From the NCBI RefSeq assembly GCF_003018235.1, contig NZ_CP027437.1: a DNA stretch of 64,000 nucleotides, one strand, 5' to 3'. Position 1 is the first letter of the stretch; the number at the start of each line of letters is the position of its first letter. Position numbers and translations under genes: made by a program. Origin of the DNA: Escherichia coli. GTDB taxonomy: Bacteria; Pseudomonadota; Gammaproteobacteria; Enterobacterales; Enterobacteriaceae. This document shows positions 1 to 10,441 of this stretch, piece after piece. The notes under the pieces are model-generated. The model was not told the origin of the DNA. It made no database searches and saw only the letters and a list, made by a program, of their open reading frames with translations.

Positions 1-853
1 GGATAACGCCCGTTTTAGTCTGGTCGCCACGGCGAATGATGTCGCAGATTGCGATACGTTGATTTACTACTGGCCGAAGAACAAACCGGAAGCCCAGTTC
101 CAGTTGATGAATTTACTTTCTCTGCTGCCGGTGGGCACGGATATTTTTGTCGTTGGCGAGAACCGCAGCGGCGTGCGCAGCGCCGAACAGATGCTGGCAG
201 ATTATGCGCCGTTGAATAAAGTCGACAGCGCCCGTCGCTGTGGCCTCTATTTTGGTCGTCTGGAAAAACAGCCGGTGTTTGATGCCGATAAATTCTGGGG
301 CGAATACAGCGTCGATGGCCTGACGGTCAAAACGCTGCCGGGCGTGTTTAGCCGCGACGGTCTGGATGTCGGTAGCCAGTTGCTGCTCTCGACGTTAACT
401 CCGCACACGAAAGGTAAAGTGCTGGATGTCGGCTGCGGCGCGGGCGTGCTTTCGGTTGCCTTTGCGCGCCATTCACCGAAAATTCGTCTCACTCTGTGCG
501 ATGTCTCTGCGCCAGCGGTAGAAGCCAGCCGCGCAACACTTGCGGCCAACGGTGTTGAAGGTGAAGTCTTTGCCAGTAACGTCTTTTCCGAGGTGAAAGG
601 TCGTTTTGATATGATCATCTCCAACCCGCCGTTCCACGATGGGATGCAAACCAGCCTCGATGCGGCGCAAACGCTGATTCGCGGCGCGGTGCGTCATCTT
701 AATAGCGGCGGCGAGCTGCGAATTGTAGCGAACGCCTTCCTGCCTTATCCGGACGTGCTGGATGAGACATTTGGCTTCCACGAAGTGATCGCGCAAACCG
801 GGCGCTTCAAGGTGTATCGCGCCATTATGACCCGCCAGGCGAAGAAAGGTTAA
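1..853 (+). CDS. rsmC: 16S rRNA (guanine1207-N2)-methyltransferase RsmC, 5'-truncated by window edge (C-terminal ~283 codons present)
   Basis: ORF 59..853 open to window start in same frame; SAM-methyltransferase motifs ([15 protein letters not shown]); recognised sequence and conserved neighbourhood next to leu tRNA cluster. Confidence 0.9.
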   Translation, partial: DNARFSLVATANDVADCDTLIYYWPKNKPEAQFQLMNLLSLLPVGTDIFVVGENRSGVRSAEQMLADYAPLNKVDSARRCGLYFGRLEKQPVFDADKFWGEYSVDGLTVKTLPGVFSRDGLDVGSQLLLSTLTPHTKGKVLDVGCGAGVLSVAFARHSPKIRLTLCDVSAPAVEASRATLAANGVEGEVFASNVFSEVKGRFDMIISNPPFHDGMQTSLDAAQTLIRGAVRHLNSGGELRIVANAFLPYPDVLDETFGFHEVIAQTGRFKVYRAIMTRQAKKG

Positions 854-865
854 GTATCTGATATC

Positions 866-900
866 TGTCGCCGCATACCGTGTCGGATGCGGCGTACACG
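866..900. repeat. REP-like palindromic element downstream of rsmC
   Basis: gtcggatgcggcgtacacgcc resembles enterobacterial REP consensus (gccggatgcggcgtgaacgcc). Confidence 0.35.
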
Positions 901-983
901 CCTTCTCTGACCGACAAACGAATTATCCACAATCCGCTGATGGACATTTTTCCAGCAATTACACCTCCGGCGATAATTAACTA

Positions 984-1011
984 TTGACGAAAAGCTGAAA
1001 ACCACTAGAAT
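984..1011 (+). promoter_or_regulatory. Candidate sigma70 promoter of the tRNA-Leu operon (-35 TTGACG, 16-bp spacer, -10 TAGAAT)
   Basis: Near-consensus hexamers ~40 bp upstream of first tRNA. Confidence 0.55.
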
Positions 1012-1052
1012 GCGCCTCCGTGGTAGCAATTCTTTTTAAGAATTGATGGTAT

Positions 1053-1139
1053 GCGAAGGTGGCGGAATTGGTAGACGCGCTAGCTTCAGGTGTTAGTGTC
1101 CTTACGGACGTGGGGGTTCAAGTCCCCCCCCTCGCACCA
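1053..1139 (+). tRNA. leuV: tRNA-Leu (anticodon CAG), 87 nt, ends CCA
   Basis: Cloverleaf-compatible sequence gcgaaggtggcggaattggtagacgcg...ggttcaagtccccccctcgcacca with long variable arm; anticodon loop cuuCAGgu. Confidence 0.95.
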
Positions 1140-1167
1140 AAAACCACGTTGATATTGCTCGCACTGG

Positions 1168-1254
1168 GCGAAGGTGGCGGAATTGGTAGACGCGCTAGCT
1201 TCAGGTGTTAGTGTCCTTACGGACGTGGGGGTTCAAGTCCCCCCCCTCGCACCA
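1168..1254 (+). tRNA. leuP: tRNA-Leu (CAG), identical copy 2
   Basis: Exact 87-nt repeat of first tRNA. Confidence 0.95.
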
Positions 1255-1288
1255 AACGAGGCGATATCAAAAAAAGTAAGATGACTGT

Positions 1289-1375
1289 GCGAAGGTGGCG
1301 GAATTGGTAGACGCGCTAGCTTCAGGTGTTAGTGTCCTTACGGACGTGGGGGTTCAAGTCCCCCCCCTCGCACCA
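1289..1375 (+). tRNA. leuQ: tRNA-Leu (CAG), identical copy 3
   Basis: Exact 87-nt repeat of first tRNA. Confidence 0.95.
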
Positions 1376-1413
1376 ATTATCTTTACTTCCTTTCTTGTTT
1401 CTTCCCTGATTTT

Positions 1414-1650
1414 TCATCCCTGATTCAAATTCATTATCATCAGCATGATGCCAGCAATAAGCGCCAGGCACGATGGCAGCAAAACGTAATGCCGCAACTG
1501 TTTGTGATACAGCATCACCGGCGTCAATATTAATCCCATCAGAATGACAATCCGCCACTGATCCGGCGATAAATCCGCATACATCAGCCCTGCAATCAGC
1601 AATCCCGGCAGCAACACTCCCCAGCCACTGCCCAGCGTACGTTGCAACAT
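1414..1650 (-). CDS. yjjZ: Small hydrophobic inner-membrane protein (78 aa), Fur-box-adjacent
   Basis: Internal Met of ORF 1414..1761 (MLQRTLGSGWGVLLPGLLIAG...); two predicted TM helices; 38-bp spacing from leuQ. Confidence 0.6.
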   Translation of the reverse strand: MLQRTLGSGWGVLLPGLLIAGLMYADLSPDQWRIVILMGLILTPVMLYHKQLRHYVLLPSCLALIAGIMLMIMNLNQG

Positions 1651-1664
1651 GGTTTCATCTCTTT

Positions 1665-1712
1665 CATTGATAATGATAACTAATATCATATGATAATTTT
1701 TATCATTTGCAA
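1665..1712. promoter_or_regulatory. Fur box-like iron-regulatory repeats in yjjZ/fhuF divergent control region
   Basis: tgataatgataactaatatcatatgataatttttatcatt contains overlapping GATAAT/ATCATT hexamers typical of Fur sites. Confidence 0.5.
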
Positions 1713-1751
1713 GCCAGAGAAATCCCTTGCTATCGGGTAAACCTATCGCTA

Positions 1752-1776
1752 GGATTAGCAATCATTATCATTTAGA
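1752..1776. promoter_or_regulatory. Second Fur box-like site immediately upstream of fhuF
   Basis: gattagcaatcattatcattt matches Fur consensus GATAATGATAATCATTATC in 3' half. Confidence 0.45.
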
Positions 1777-1790
1777 TTACTATCCCGATT

Positions 1791-2579
1791 ATGGCCTATC
1801 GTTCCGCACCGCTCTATGAAGATGTTATCTGGCGAACGCATCTCCAGCCGCAGGATGCTGGGCTTGCACAAGCCATACGGGCGACGATCGCCGAACATCG
1901 TGAACATTTGCTCGAGTTTATCCGCCTGGATGAACCCGCTCCGCTTAACGCCATGACGCTGGCGCAATGGTCATCAACGAATGCGCTAAGTTCTCTACTG
2001 GCGGTCTATTCCGATCATATCTATCGCAACCAACCAACGATGATCCGCGAGAACAAACCGCTGATCTCACTATGGGCGCAATGGTATATCGGCCTGATGG
2101 TGCCACCATTAATGTTGGCGCTGCTGACGCAGGAAAAAGCATTAGATGTGTCGCCGGAACATTTCCACGTTGAGTTTCACGAAACCGGACGCGCCGCCTG
2201 TTTCTGGGTCGATGTGTGTGAAGATAAAAACGCAACACTACATTCGCCGCAGCAGCGAATGGAAACGTTAATCAGTCAGGCGCTGGTTCCGGTAGTGCAG
2301 GCATTAGAAGCAACGGGAGAGATCAACGGCAAACTTATCTGGAGCAATACCGGTTATTTGATCAACTGGTATCTGACTGAGATGAAACAGCTGCTTGGCG
2401 AGGCGACGGTTGAATCGCTGCGCCATGCCCTCTTTTTTGAGAAAATGCTCACGAACGGTGAAGATAATCCACTCTGGCGTACCGTGGTACTGCGCGACGG
2501 CCTGCTGGTGCGCCGCACTTGCTGCCAGCGTTATCGCTTACCGGATGTGCAGCAATGTGGCGATTGTACGCTGAAATGA
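1791..2579 (+). CDS. fhuF: Ferric-siderophore reductase FhuF (C-terminal 2Fe-2S C-C-x10-C-x2-C motif)
   Basis: 262-aa ORF ending RRTCCQRYRLPDVQQCGDCTLK; recognised sequence. Confidence 0.9.
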   Translation: MAYRSAPLYEDVIWRTHLQPQDAGLAQAIRATIAEHREHLLEFIRLDEPAPLNAMTLAQWSSTNALSSLLAVYSDHIYRNQPTMIRENKPLISLWAQWYIGLMVPPLMLALLTQEKALDVSPEHFHVEFHETGRAACFWVDVCEDKNATLHSPQQRMETLISQALVPVVQALEATGEINGKLIWSNTGYLINWYLTEMKQLLGEATVESLRHALFFEKMLTNGEDNPLWRTVVLRDGLLVRRTCCQRYRLPDVQQCGDCTLK

Positions 2580-2582
2580 AAG

Positions 2583-2612
2583 CACTGCCGGGGAAGTAAA
2601 CCCGGCATCATG
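2583..2612. terminator. Hairpin (gccgggg..cccggc) between convergent fhuF and bglJ
   Basis: GC stem with short loop directly after fhuF stop. Confidence 0.4.
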
Positions 2613-2616
2613 CGGA

Positions 2617-3294
2617 TTAATAGGGATGCAACACATTACTTGCTTCGCAATGCCGCATACATAACAGAATATCTGCGGCCTCCAACAACCCTGCATCAGA
2701 ACTGACGCCCAGTTTCGACATCACATTAAATTTATGTGCACGGATCGTTTTGATATTGCGTTTAAGCTGCTCGGCAATTTGTGTCATTGAGTAGCCACGC
2801 GACATAAAGCGCAATATTTCTCTCTCCGTCGGGCTTAGCGTTCGGCTTTGATTAATGTACCACTGATTGTTCAGTCGGTCGGTCGCCTGACGTACACCAT
2901 TTAATGACAAAAAGAGTTCCTGATGAAAAATCTCCAGCGTTGACGCTTTACTTAATACACCGTCCAACGGTGATGGCGACAATGAACCAATCAGCCGAGC
3001 TTCAATATCATCATCCGCAATAACTAAACGCCGGGTACGCGGAAACTTAATCGCCAGTTCAGTCAGGCAAGATAATCCCTCTCTGCGCTCACTTCTCATG
3101 GCAGAAAAAGAAAAAATGACCGCCGCAAACGAGATCCGCGACATGGCATCCTGAAATGACTCCTGACTGGTATAGGTATGGAGCTTATAAGGGTTACCCG
3201 CAAACTTTCTGAATAAACTCTCAATACCGATACTACTCATGACGCATTTTTCTATGAGTGCGACATTTCTCTTCTTAATTCGGCTGTGTTCCAT
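2617..3294 (-). CDS. bglJ: LuxR/FixJ-type transcriptional regulator BglJ
   Basis: 225-aa ORF with C-terminal HTH ([34 protein letters not shown]); overlaps yjjQ 3' end. Confidence 0.85.
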
Positions 3295-3977
3295 TCTGCG
3301 GCATCTCCATAAACAGAAGGCAAGTTAAGTTCTCTTGCACCCTGCGCGCTATTTATCCATGCATACATTTCAGCGTTGCTGTGAATTGCCAGTCGACGCA
3401 TCGCACTGTTTTTTTGGGCGCTGATAGTTTTATTACTTTTCTTAAGCAATGAAGCTATCTGGTTGATGCCCCATCCTTTACCTAATAGCCGCAGTACCTT
3501 GCGCTCTGAAAGAGTGAGAATGACGGAGCGATAGCTAAAATCATGAGTTTCAGTCATTGCCGGAGAGGTCAGCATGGCGCTGATACGCTCTGCGTGCGTA
3601 TTGCCGGAACGTACGGTCTTGACCAGATTCTCAATGGGTTCAACATCAGACAATAACGTCGCCGTAGGGCACATAAGCAGTTCTACTGCCTGGGAATACC
3701 AGGAGCGTGACACCATGAAAACCCAGTGAATTTCCCGATATTGTGAGATTAAAGAATAATAATGTTCACAAACAGAACGTGGATCTTCACTTTCACCGGC
3801 TAAATCAGCAATGACTAATCCGGAACGACGTAATTGTAATAAGGTAAGGTCCTCCGCAGAGGCGCTGGATATTATTTCATATTCAGGGAAGTGAGTCCTC
3901 ATGACCTCTTTTAACCCTGCTTGCATAACAGGTATTTTACTGATAACAATTCCATTTTTGCAGCATCCTGGCAACAT
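3252..3977 (-). CDS. yjjQ: LuxR-type transcriptional regulator YjjQ
   Basis: 241-aa ORF with LuxR HTH ([25 protein letters not shown]); operon partner of bglJ. Confidence 0.85.
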
Positions 3978-4532
3978 ATTTCCTCCACATCCACTGTCTA
4001 AAAATTATGATGGTTTATTCAGGATATTCATTCCTTAAATGTTTCCAGCAAATTAATAGATTAAGCGAATAAATTATCCTTAGCATTCACTTTCATATCA
4101 GCATACTCCTGCTGCACAACAACTCCACTGCATGTGTCAGAAGGTTAGCATCAAATGATAACCTGGTGAAATAGCCTGGAGACATTTAAAATATCTACAT
4201 TAAGTTGTTAGAAATACTTAATGAAAAACAGAATTCTCATTCATTTAATTTATAATTAACTGATATCCCTTCCCGCAGAATGCAAAATCACACAATCAAT
4301 ATTTATTCAATAAAATCTGATAGTTTTAACTTGTAAAAATTAAAAAACGCGCCCAGTTATCTTTTATCCTGATTCGTAAAGGCTAAACAATAAATTCATT
4401 ATAGTGATAATATTCATGTGATAATTTGTTTGCGACGAGAGATAATTCGCTTTTTATCACCGAGCTTCTCCCGATAACCAGGATTAATCAGCGCAATTTT
4501 GATCTTAACCTACCGCAAAACAACCGTGCTTC
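3978..4532. promoter_or_regulatory. AT-rich divergent control region (yjjQ-bglJ / yjjP), typical of H-NS-silenced promoters
   Basis: ~550 bp of strongly AT-rich non-coding DNA between divergent genes. Confidence 0.5.
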
Positions 4533-4595
4533 ATGATACAAATGGATTCTCATTATCTGAACAATACGCAGCACGTCTATGACAAAGGGCGAGTT

Positions 4596-5366
4596 ATGCA
4601 AACTGAGCAACAGCGAGCCGTAACACGGCTTTGTATCCAGTGTGGATTATTTCTTTTGCAACATGGTGCGGAAAGCGCGTTGGTTGATGAGCTTTCCTCA
4701 CGACTGGGTCGGGCGTTGGGAATGGACAGCGTCGAAAGTTCTATCTCTTCGAACGCCATAGTGCTGACAACCATTAAAGATGGGCAATGCCTGACATCGA
4801 CACGAAAAAATCACGATCGCGGCATTAATATGCATGTGGTGACTGAAGTCCAGCACATTGTGATTCTGGCGGAGCATCATCTGCTGGATTACAAAGGTGT
4901 AGAGAAACGATTTAGCCAAATTCAGCCATTACGTTACCCGAGATGGCTGGTAGCCTTAATGGTCGGCCTTTCTTGCGCCTGTTTCTGTAAACTCAATAAA
5001 GGTGGCTGGGATGGTGCCGTCATCACCTTCTTTGCCAGTACGGTCGCGATGTATATCCGCCAGCTGCTGGCACAACGTCATCTTCATCCACAGATCAACT
5101 TTTGCCTCACCGCTTTCGCCGCCACCACCATTTCCGGTTTGCTTTTGCAACTTCCCACTTTCAGCAATACACCCACTATCGCGATGGCCGCCAGCGTTCT
5201 GCTGCTGGTGCCGGGTTTTCCGTTGATTAATGCCGTCGCCGATATGTTTAAAGGCCACATCAATACCGGGCTGGCACGCTGGGCGATCGCCAGTCTGCTG
5301 ACACTGGCTACCTGCGTCGGCGTAGTAATGGCACTGACGATTTGGGGGCTACGCGGATGGGTGTGA
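4596..5366 (+). CDS. yjjP: Inner-membrane protein YjjP (ThrE-like, putative)
   Basis: ORF 4533..5366; start placed at internal Met (MQTEQQRAV); multiple hydrophobic segments. Confidence 0.8.
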   Translation: MQTEQQRAVTRLCIQCGLFLLQHGAESALVDELSSRLGRALGMDSVESSISSNAIVLTTIKDGQCLTSTRKNHDRGINMHVVTEVQHIVILAEHHLLDYKGVEKRFSQIQPLRYPRWLVALMVGLSCACFCKLNKGGWDGAVITFFASTVAMYIRQLLAQRHLHPQINFCLTAFAATTISGLLLQLPTFSNTPTIAMAASVLLLVPGFPLINAVADMFKGHINTGLARWAIASLLTLATCVGVVMALTIWGLRGWV

Positions 5367-5830
5367 TCGAATTTCTGTTTGCATTGGCGCAGGATATGAT
5401 CCTCGCCGCCATTCCTGCGGTCGGCTTTGCGATGGTGTTCAACGTTCCCGTGCGGGCGTTACGCTGGTGTGCGCTGCTTGGCTCGATAGGTCATGGTTCC
5501 CGAATGATCTTAATGACCAGCGGGCTGAATATTGAGTGGTCAACTTTTATGGCTTCTATGCTGGTCGGCACCATTGGTATTCAATGGTCGCGCTGGTATC
5601 TGGCGCATCCGAAAGTGTTTACCGTGGCGGCTGTTATTCCTATGTTCCCTGGCATATCGGCTTATACCGCAATGATTTCGGCGGTAAAAATCAGCCAGCT
5701 AGGTTACAGCGAACCGTTGATGATTACCCTGTTAACCAACTTTCTTACAGCTTCATCAATTGTTGGTGCGTTATCCATCGGTCTTTCCATTCCTGGATTA
5801 TGGTTGTACCGCAAGCGCCCTCGCGTATAA
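5357..5830 (+). CDS. yjjB: Inner-membrane protein YjjB
   Basis: ORF 5342..5830, start at MGVIEFLF; hydrophobic throughout; overlaps yjjP stop. Confidence 0.8.
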   Translation: MGVIEFLFALAQDMILAAIPAVGFAMVFNVPVRALRWCALLGSIGHGSRMILMTSGLNIEWSTFMASMLVGTIGIQWSRWYLAHPKVFTVAAVIPMFPGISAYTAMISAVKISQLGYSEPLMITLLTNFLTASSIVGALSIGLSIPGLWLYRKRPRV

Positions 5831-5936
5831 AATTGCCTCGCTTAAGCACACGGATGAGAGACAGCCTCCTCTCCTCCGTGTGTTACTATAAAAGTTATCT
5901 CCCTTCTCGTTCATCGTTCCATATTTGAGAAACAGT

Positions 5937-6476
5937 ATGTCTTCCAGAGTTTTGACCCCGGACGTCGTTGGTATTGACGCCCTGGTACACGATCACCAAA
6001 CCGTTCTGGCAAAAGCTGAAGGCGGTGTGGTTGCCGTATTTGCTAACAATGCCCCGGCGTTTTATGCCGTCACGCCTGCACGCCTGGCTGAACTGCTAGC
6101 GCTGGAAGAAAAGCTGGCGCGTCCGGGAAGCGATGTCGCTCTGGACGATCAACTCTATCAGGAACCGCAAGCTGCTCCCGTAGCTGTACCCATGGGGAAA
6201 TTCGCCATGTATCCGGACTGGCAACCCGATGCCGACTTTATCCGCCTGGCGGCGCTATGGGGCGTGGCACTAAGAGAGCCGGTGACCACCGAAGAACTGG
6301 CCTCATTCATTGCCTACTGGCAGGCGGAAGGTAAAGTCTTTCACCATGTGCAGTGGCAACAAAAACTGGCGCGCAGCCTGCAAATCGGTCGTGCCAGCAA
6401 CGGCGGACTGCCGAAACGAGATGTGAATACGGTCAGTGAACCTGACAGCCAAATTCCACCAGGATTCAGAGGGTAA
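5937..6476 (+). CDS. dnaT: Primosomal protein DnaT
   Basis: ORF 5925..6476, start at [16 protein letters not shown]; immediately precedes dnaC. Confidence 0.9.
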
Positions 6477-6478
6477 CG

Positions 6479-7216
6479 ATGAAAAACGTTGGCGACCTGA
6501 TTCAACGCCTGCAAAAAATGATGCCTGCCCATATCAAACCTGCTTTCAAAACGGGTGAAGAACTACTGGCCTGGCAGAAAGAACAAGGGGCGATCCGCTC
6601 CGCCGCTCTCGAACGTGAAAATCGGGCGATGAAAATGCAGCGCACCTTTAACCGCTCCGGTATTCGTCCACTGCATCAGAACTGCTCCTTTGAGAACTAT
6701 CGCGTTGAGTGTGAAGGGCAGATGAATGCGTTAAGCAAAGCGCGCCAGTATGTCGAAGAGTTTGACGGCAACATCGCCAGCTTCATCTTTTCTGGTAAGC
6801 CAGGAACCGGCAAAAACCATCTGGCGGCGGCAATCTGCAACGAGCTGCTGCTACGCGGTAAATCCGTATTGATCATCACCGTGGCCGATATTATGTCGGC
6901 GATGAAAGATACCTTCAGGAATAGCGGTACCAGCGAAGAACAACTGCTTAACGATCTGAGCAACGTTGATCTGCTGGTGATCGATGAGATCGGCGTGCAG
7001 ACCGAATCGAAATACGAAAAAGTGATCATCAACCAGATCGTCGATCGCCGCTCTTCTTCCAAACGCCCAACCGGGATGCTGACCAACAGTAATATGGAAG
7101 AGATGACCAAGTTGCTGGGCGAACGCGTGATGGACCGTATGCGCCTGGGTAACAGTTTGTGGGTGATCTTCAACTGGGATAGCTACCGTAGCCGGGTAAC
7201 GGGTAAAGAGTATTAA
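6479..7216 (+). CDS. dnaC: DNA replication helicase loader DnaC (AAA+ ATPase)
   Basis: 245-aa ORF with Walker A GKPGTGKNHLAAA and Walker B LLVIDEIG. Confidence 0.95.
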   Translation: MKNVGDLIQRLQKMMPAHIKPAFKTGEELLAWQKEQGAIRSAALERENRAMKMQRTFNRSGIRPLHQNCSFENYRVECEGQMNALSKARQYVEEFDGNIASFIFSGKPGTGKNHLAAAICNELLLRGKSVLIITVADIMSAMKDTFRNSGTSEEQLLNDLSNVDLLVIDEIGVQTESKYEKVIINQIVDRRSSSKRPTGMLTNSNMEEMTKLLGERVMDRMRLGNSLWVIFNWDSYRSRVTGKEY

Positions 7217-7261
7217 TCCCCGTTTCTGGCGGTATACTGCGACACAATTCCACCTTGAGTA

Positions 7262-7759
7262 ATGATGATGAAAACTGTTAAACATCTTCTGTGCTGTGCC
7301 ATTGCCGCCAGCGCATTAATTTCCACCGGGGTGCATGCTGCGTCCTGGAAAGATGCGCTCTCCAGCGCCGCCAGCGAACTTGGCAACCAAAACAGCACGA
7401 CACAGGAAGGCGGTTGGTCGCTCGCGTCATTAACTAACTTGCTTAGCAGCGGAAACCAGGCCTTAAGCGCAGATAACATGAACAATGCCGCAGGCATTCT
7501 GCAATACTGCGCGAAGCAAAAGCTGGCTTCGGTAACCGATGCCGAAAACATCAAGAATCAGGTACTGGAAAAACTGGGCCTGAACAGTGAAGAGCAAAAA
7601 GAAGACACCAATTATCTGGATGGCATTCAGGGTTTGCTGAAAACTAAAGATGGTCAGCAACTCAATCTGGATAATATCGGAACGACTCCGCTGGCAGAAA
7701 AGGTGAAAACCAAAGCCTGCGATCTGGTGTTAAAGCAGGGGCTGAACTTCATTTCCTGA
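7262..7759 (+). CDS. yjjA: Secreted protein YjjA (signal peptide)
   Basis: 165-aa ORF with N-terminal signal sequence MMKTVKHLLCCAIAASALISTGVHA. Confidence 0.8.
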   Translation: MMMKTVKHLLCCAIAASALISTGVHAASWKDALSSAASELGNQNSTTQEGGWSLASLTNLLSSGNQALSADNMNNAAGILQYCAKQKLASVTDAENIKNQVLEKLGLNSEEQKEDTNYLDGIQGLLKTKDGQQLNLDNIGTTPLAEKVKTKACDLVLKQGLNFIS

Positions 7760-8012
7760 ACCGCGAAACGCCGCGTTTTAGCTGTTACCCGGCTGACGCG
7801 GCTCTCTCCTGCCCTTTTCCCTGCTCCTGGACGGTTTTCCCCCTGTTACACGGGAAGCGACCGTAATCAAAAAAGTCTGTTTATAAACTAATTCCTAACA
7901 ACATCGCATTTTTTTGACACTAGAATTGCAGCAATATGGCGACGCCATTACATTGTGCTTCTCAAAAAGCTTAAACGTTGGCTAAACGGCCCGGTTTAGT
8001 GAGGATCGCCCG

Positions 8013-10304
8013 TTGTCAGAACTACTCTCTTTCGCCCTTTTTCTCGCCTCTGTGCTGATTTACGCATGGAAAGCGGGACGTAACACCTGGTGGTTTGCAG
8101 CCACATTAACGGTACTGGGGCTATTTGTCGTTTTAAATATCACCCTGTTTGCCAGCGACTATTTTACTGGCGATGGTATTAACGACGCGGTTCTCTATAC
8201 CTTAACCAACAGCCTGACCGGTGCTGGTGTCAGTAAATACATCCTGCCTGGTATCGGCATTGTGCTGGGGCTGACGGCGGTGTTCGGTGCGCTGGGCTGG
8301 ATCCTGCGCCGTCGTCGCCATCATCCGCACCATTTTGGTTACAGCCTGCTGGCACTCTTACTGGCGCTGGGTTCAGTGGATGCCAGCCCGGCATTTCGTC
8401 AGATAACGGAACTAGTGAAATCCCAGTCACGCGACGGCGACCCGGACTTTGCGGCTTATTATAAAGAGCCGTCGAAAACTATCCCTGACCCGAAACTCAA
8501 CCTGGTTTATATCTACGGCGAAAGTCTCGAGCGGACCTATTTTGATAACGAGGCTTTCCCGGATCTCACGCCTGAACTGGGCGCGTTGAAAAATGAAGGC
8601 CTGGATTTCAGCCACACGCAGCAGCTGCCAGGAACGGATTACACGATTGCGGGCATGGTGGCTTCTCAGTGCGGCATACCGCTGTTTGCCCCCTTTGAAG
8701 GCAACGCCTCCGCCTCTGTCTCCAGCTTCTTCCCGCAGAACATCTGTCTGGGAGATATCCTGAAAAACTCGGGTTATCAGAACTATTTCGTGCAGGGCGC
8801 AAATCTGCGTTTTGCAGGTAAAGATGTGTTCCTGAAATCGCACGGCTTCGATCACTTATACGGCTCAGAAGAGCTGAAAAGCGTGGTGGCCGACCCGCAC
8901 TATCGCAACGACTGGGGATTCTACGACGATACCGTTCTCGATGAAGCGTGGAAAAAGTTTGAAGAGCTTTCCCGTTCTGGTCAGCGATTCTCACTGTTTA
9001 CCCTGACGGTCGATACCCATCACCCGGATGGTTTTATCTCGCGCACCTGTAACCGCAAAAAATATGATTTTGACGGTAAGCCTAATCAGTCATTCAGCGC
9101 GGTAAGTTGCAGTCAGGAGAATATCGCGACGTTTATCAACAAAATCAAAGCGTCACCGTGGTTTAAAGATACCGTCATCGTCGTCTCTTCTGACCATTTA
9201 GCGATGAACAACACGGCGTGGAAATACCTTAATAAACAGGATCGCAATAACCTGTTTTTTGTCATCCGTGGCGACAAGCCGCAGCAAGAGACGCTGGCGG
9301 TGAAGCGTAACACGATGGATAACGGCGCGACGGTGCTGGACATTCTCGGTGGCGATAACTATCTCGGACTTGGTCGTAGCAGTTTATCCGGGCAGTCAAT
9401 GTCAGAAATCTTCCTCAATATCAAAGAGAAAACATTGGCGTGGAAGCCGGATATCATCCGCCTGTGGAAATTCCCTAAAGAGATGAAAGAGTTCACCATC
9501 GACCAGCAGAAAAACATGATTGCCTTCTCGGGTAGCCATTTCCGTTTGCCGCTGCTGTTGCGGGTTTCAGACAAACGCGTGGAACCGCTGCCGGAAAGCG
9601 AATACTCAGCACCGCTGCGTTTCCAGCTGGCCGATTTCGCTCCACGCGACAATTTCGTCTGGGTTGACCGTTGCTACAAGATGGCACAACTTTGGGCTCA
9701 GGAACTGGCACTCTCCACCGACTGGTGTGTCTCGCAAGGGCAGCTTGGCGGTCAGCAAATTGTCCAGCATGTTGATAAAACAATGTGGAAGGGCAAAACG
9801 GCATTTAAAGATACGGTCATCGACATGGCGCGTTACAAAGGCAATGTCGATACGCTGAAGATTGTTGATAACGATATTCGCTACAAAGCCGACAGTTTCA
9901 TCTTTAACGTCGCCGGTGCGCCAGAAGAGGTGAAACAGTTTAGCGGGATTTCCCGTCCGGAGTCGTGGGGCCGCTGGTCCAACGCGCAACTGGGCGACGA
10001 AGTAAAAATCGAGTACAAGCATCCGCTGCCGAAGAAATTTGACCTGGTGATTACCGCCAAAGCATACGGCAATAACGCCAGCCGTCCTATTCCGGTACGC
10101 GTAGGCAATGAAGAACAAACTCTTGTGCTGGGCAATGAAGTGACCACCACCACGCTGCATTTCGATAACCCAACCGATGCCGACACGCTGGTAATTGTGC
10201 CGCCGGAACCTGTCTCAACCAACGAAGGGAATATCCTCGGACACTCGCCGCGTAAGCTCGGGATCGGCATGGTAGAAATTAAAGTGGTAGAACGTGAAGG
10301 ATAA
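8013..10304 (+). CDS. opgB: Phosphoglycerol transferase I (osmoregulated periplasmic glucan biosynthesis), sulfatase-family, N-terminal TM helices
   Basis: 763-aa ORF, probable TTG start; membrane N-terminus then sulfatase-like domain. Confidence 0.9.
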   Translation: MSELLSFALFLASVLIYAWKAGRNTWWFAATLTVLGLFVVLNITLFASDYFTGDGINDAVLYTLTNSLTGAGVSKYILPGIGIVLGLTAVFGALGWILRRRRHHPHHFGYSLLALLLALGSVDASPAFRQITELVKSQSRDGDPDFAAYYKEPSKTIPDPKLNLVYIYGESLERTYFDNEAFPDLTPELGALKNEGLDFSHTQQLPGTDYTIAGMVASQCGIPLFAPFEGNASASVSSFFPQNICLGDILKNSGYQNYFVQGANLRFAGKDVFLKSHGFDHLYGSEELKSVVADPHYRNDWGFYDDTVLDEAWKKFEELSRSGQRFSLFTLTVDTHHPDGFISRTCNRKKYDFDGKPNQSFSAVSCSQENIATFINKIKASPWFKDTVIVVSSDHLAMNNTAWKYLNKQDRNNLFFVIRGDKPQQETLAVKRNTMDNGATVLDILGGDNYLGLGRSSLSGQSMSEIFLNIKEKTLAWKPDIIRLWKFPKEMKEFTIDQQKNMIAFSGSHFRLPLLLRVSDKRVEPLPESEYSAPLRFQLADFAPRDNFVWVDRCYKMAQLWAQELALSTDWCVSQGQLGGQQIVQHVDKTMWKGKTAFKDTVIDMARYKGNVDTLKIVDNDIRYKADSFIFNVAGAPEEVKQFSGISRPESWGRWSNAQLGDEVKIEYKHPLPKKFDLVITAKAYGNNASRPIPVRVGNEEQTLVLGNEVTTTTLHFDNPTDADTLVIVPPEPVSTNEGNILGHSPRKLGIGMVEIKVVEREG

Positions 10305-10316
10305 TTCCTGACTGAT

Positions 10317-10346
10317 GTGTAGGTCGCATAAGGTGCGACCTACACG
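10317..10346. repeat. Palindromic REP-like element downstream of opgB
   Basis: gtgtaggtcgca-taagg-tgcgacctacac perfect inverted repeat. Confidence 0.4.
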
Positions 10347-10441
10347 CCTTCTCCGGCTTACAACACACTATTAAGAAACAAAAAAAACAGCGCCCAACAC
10401 TTCCCCGGACGCTGCATGGCAACTTTAATAATCTCGCCTTA

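Noticed and set aside
1053-1375. tRNA-associated integrative island at the leu tRNA cluster
   Set aside because: No integrase, att-like tRNA 3' duplication or foreign genes are adjacent; flanking genes (rsmC, yjjZ, fhuF) are conserved backbone.
1322-1558. 78-aa ORF on minus strand overlapping tRNA leuQ
   Set aside because: Overlaps a structural tRNA and is hydrophilic with low complexity; the adjacent equally long membrane-protein frame (1414..1650) is the more plausible gene. Kept only as an annotation ambiguity.
4956-5258. Small ORFs overlapping yjjP on both strands (4956..5258 minus, 5002..5226 plus)
   Set aside because: Nested within a membrane-protein gene; Pro/Cys/Gly-rich low-complexity translations; no RBS.
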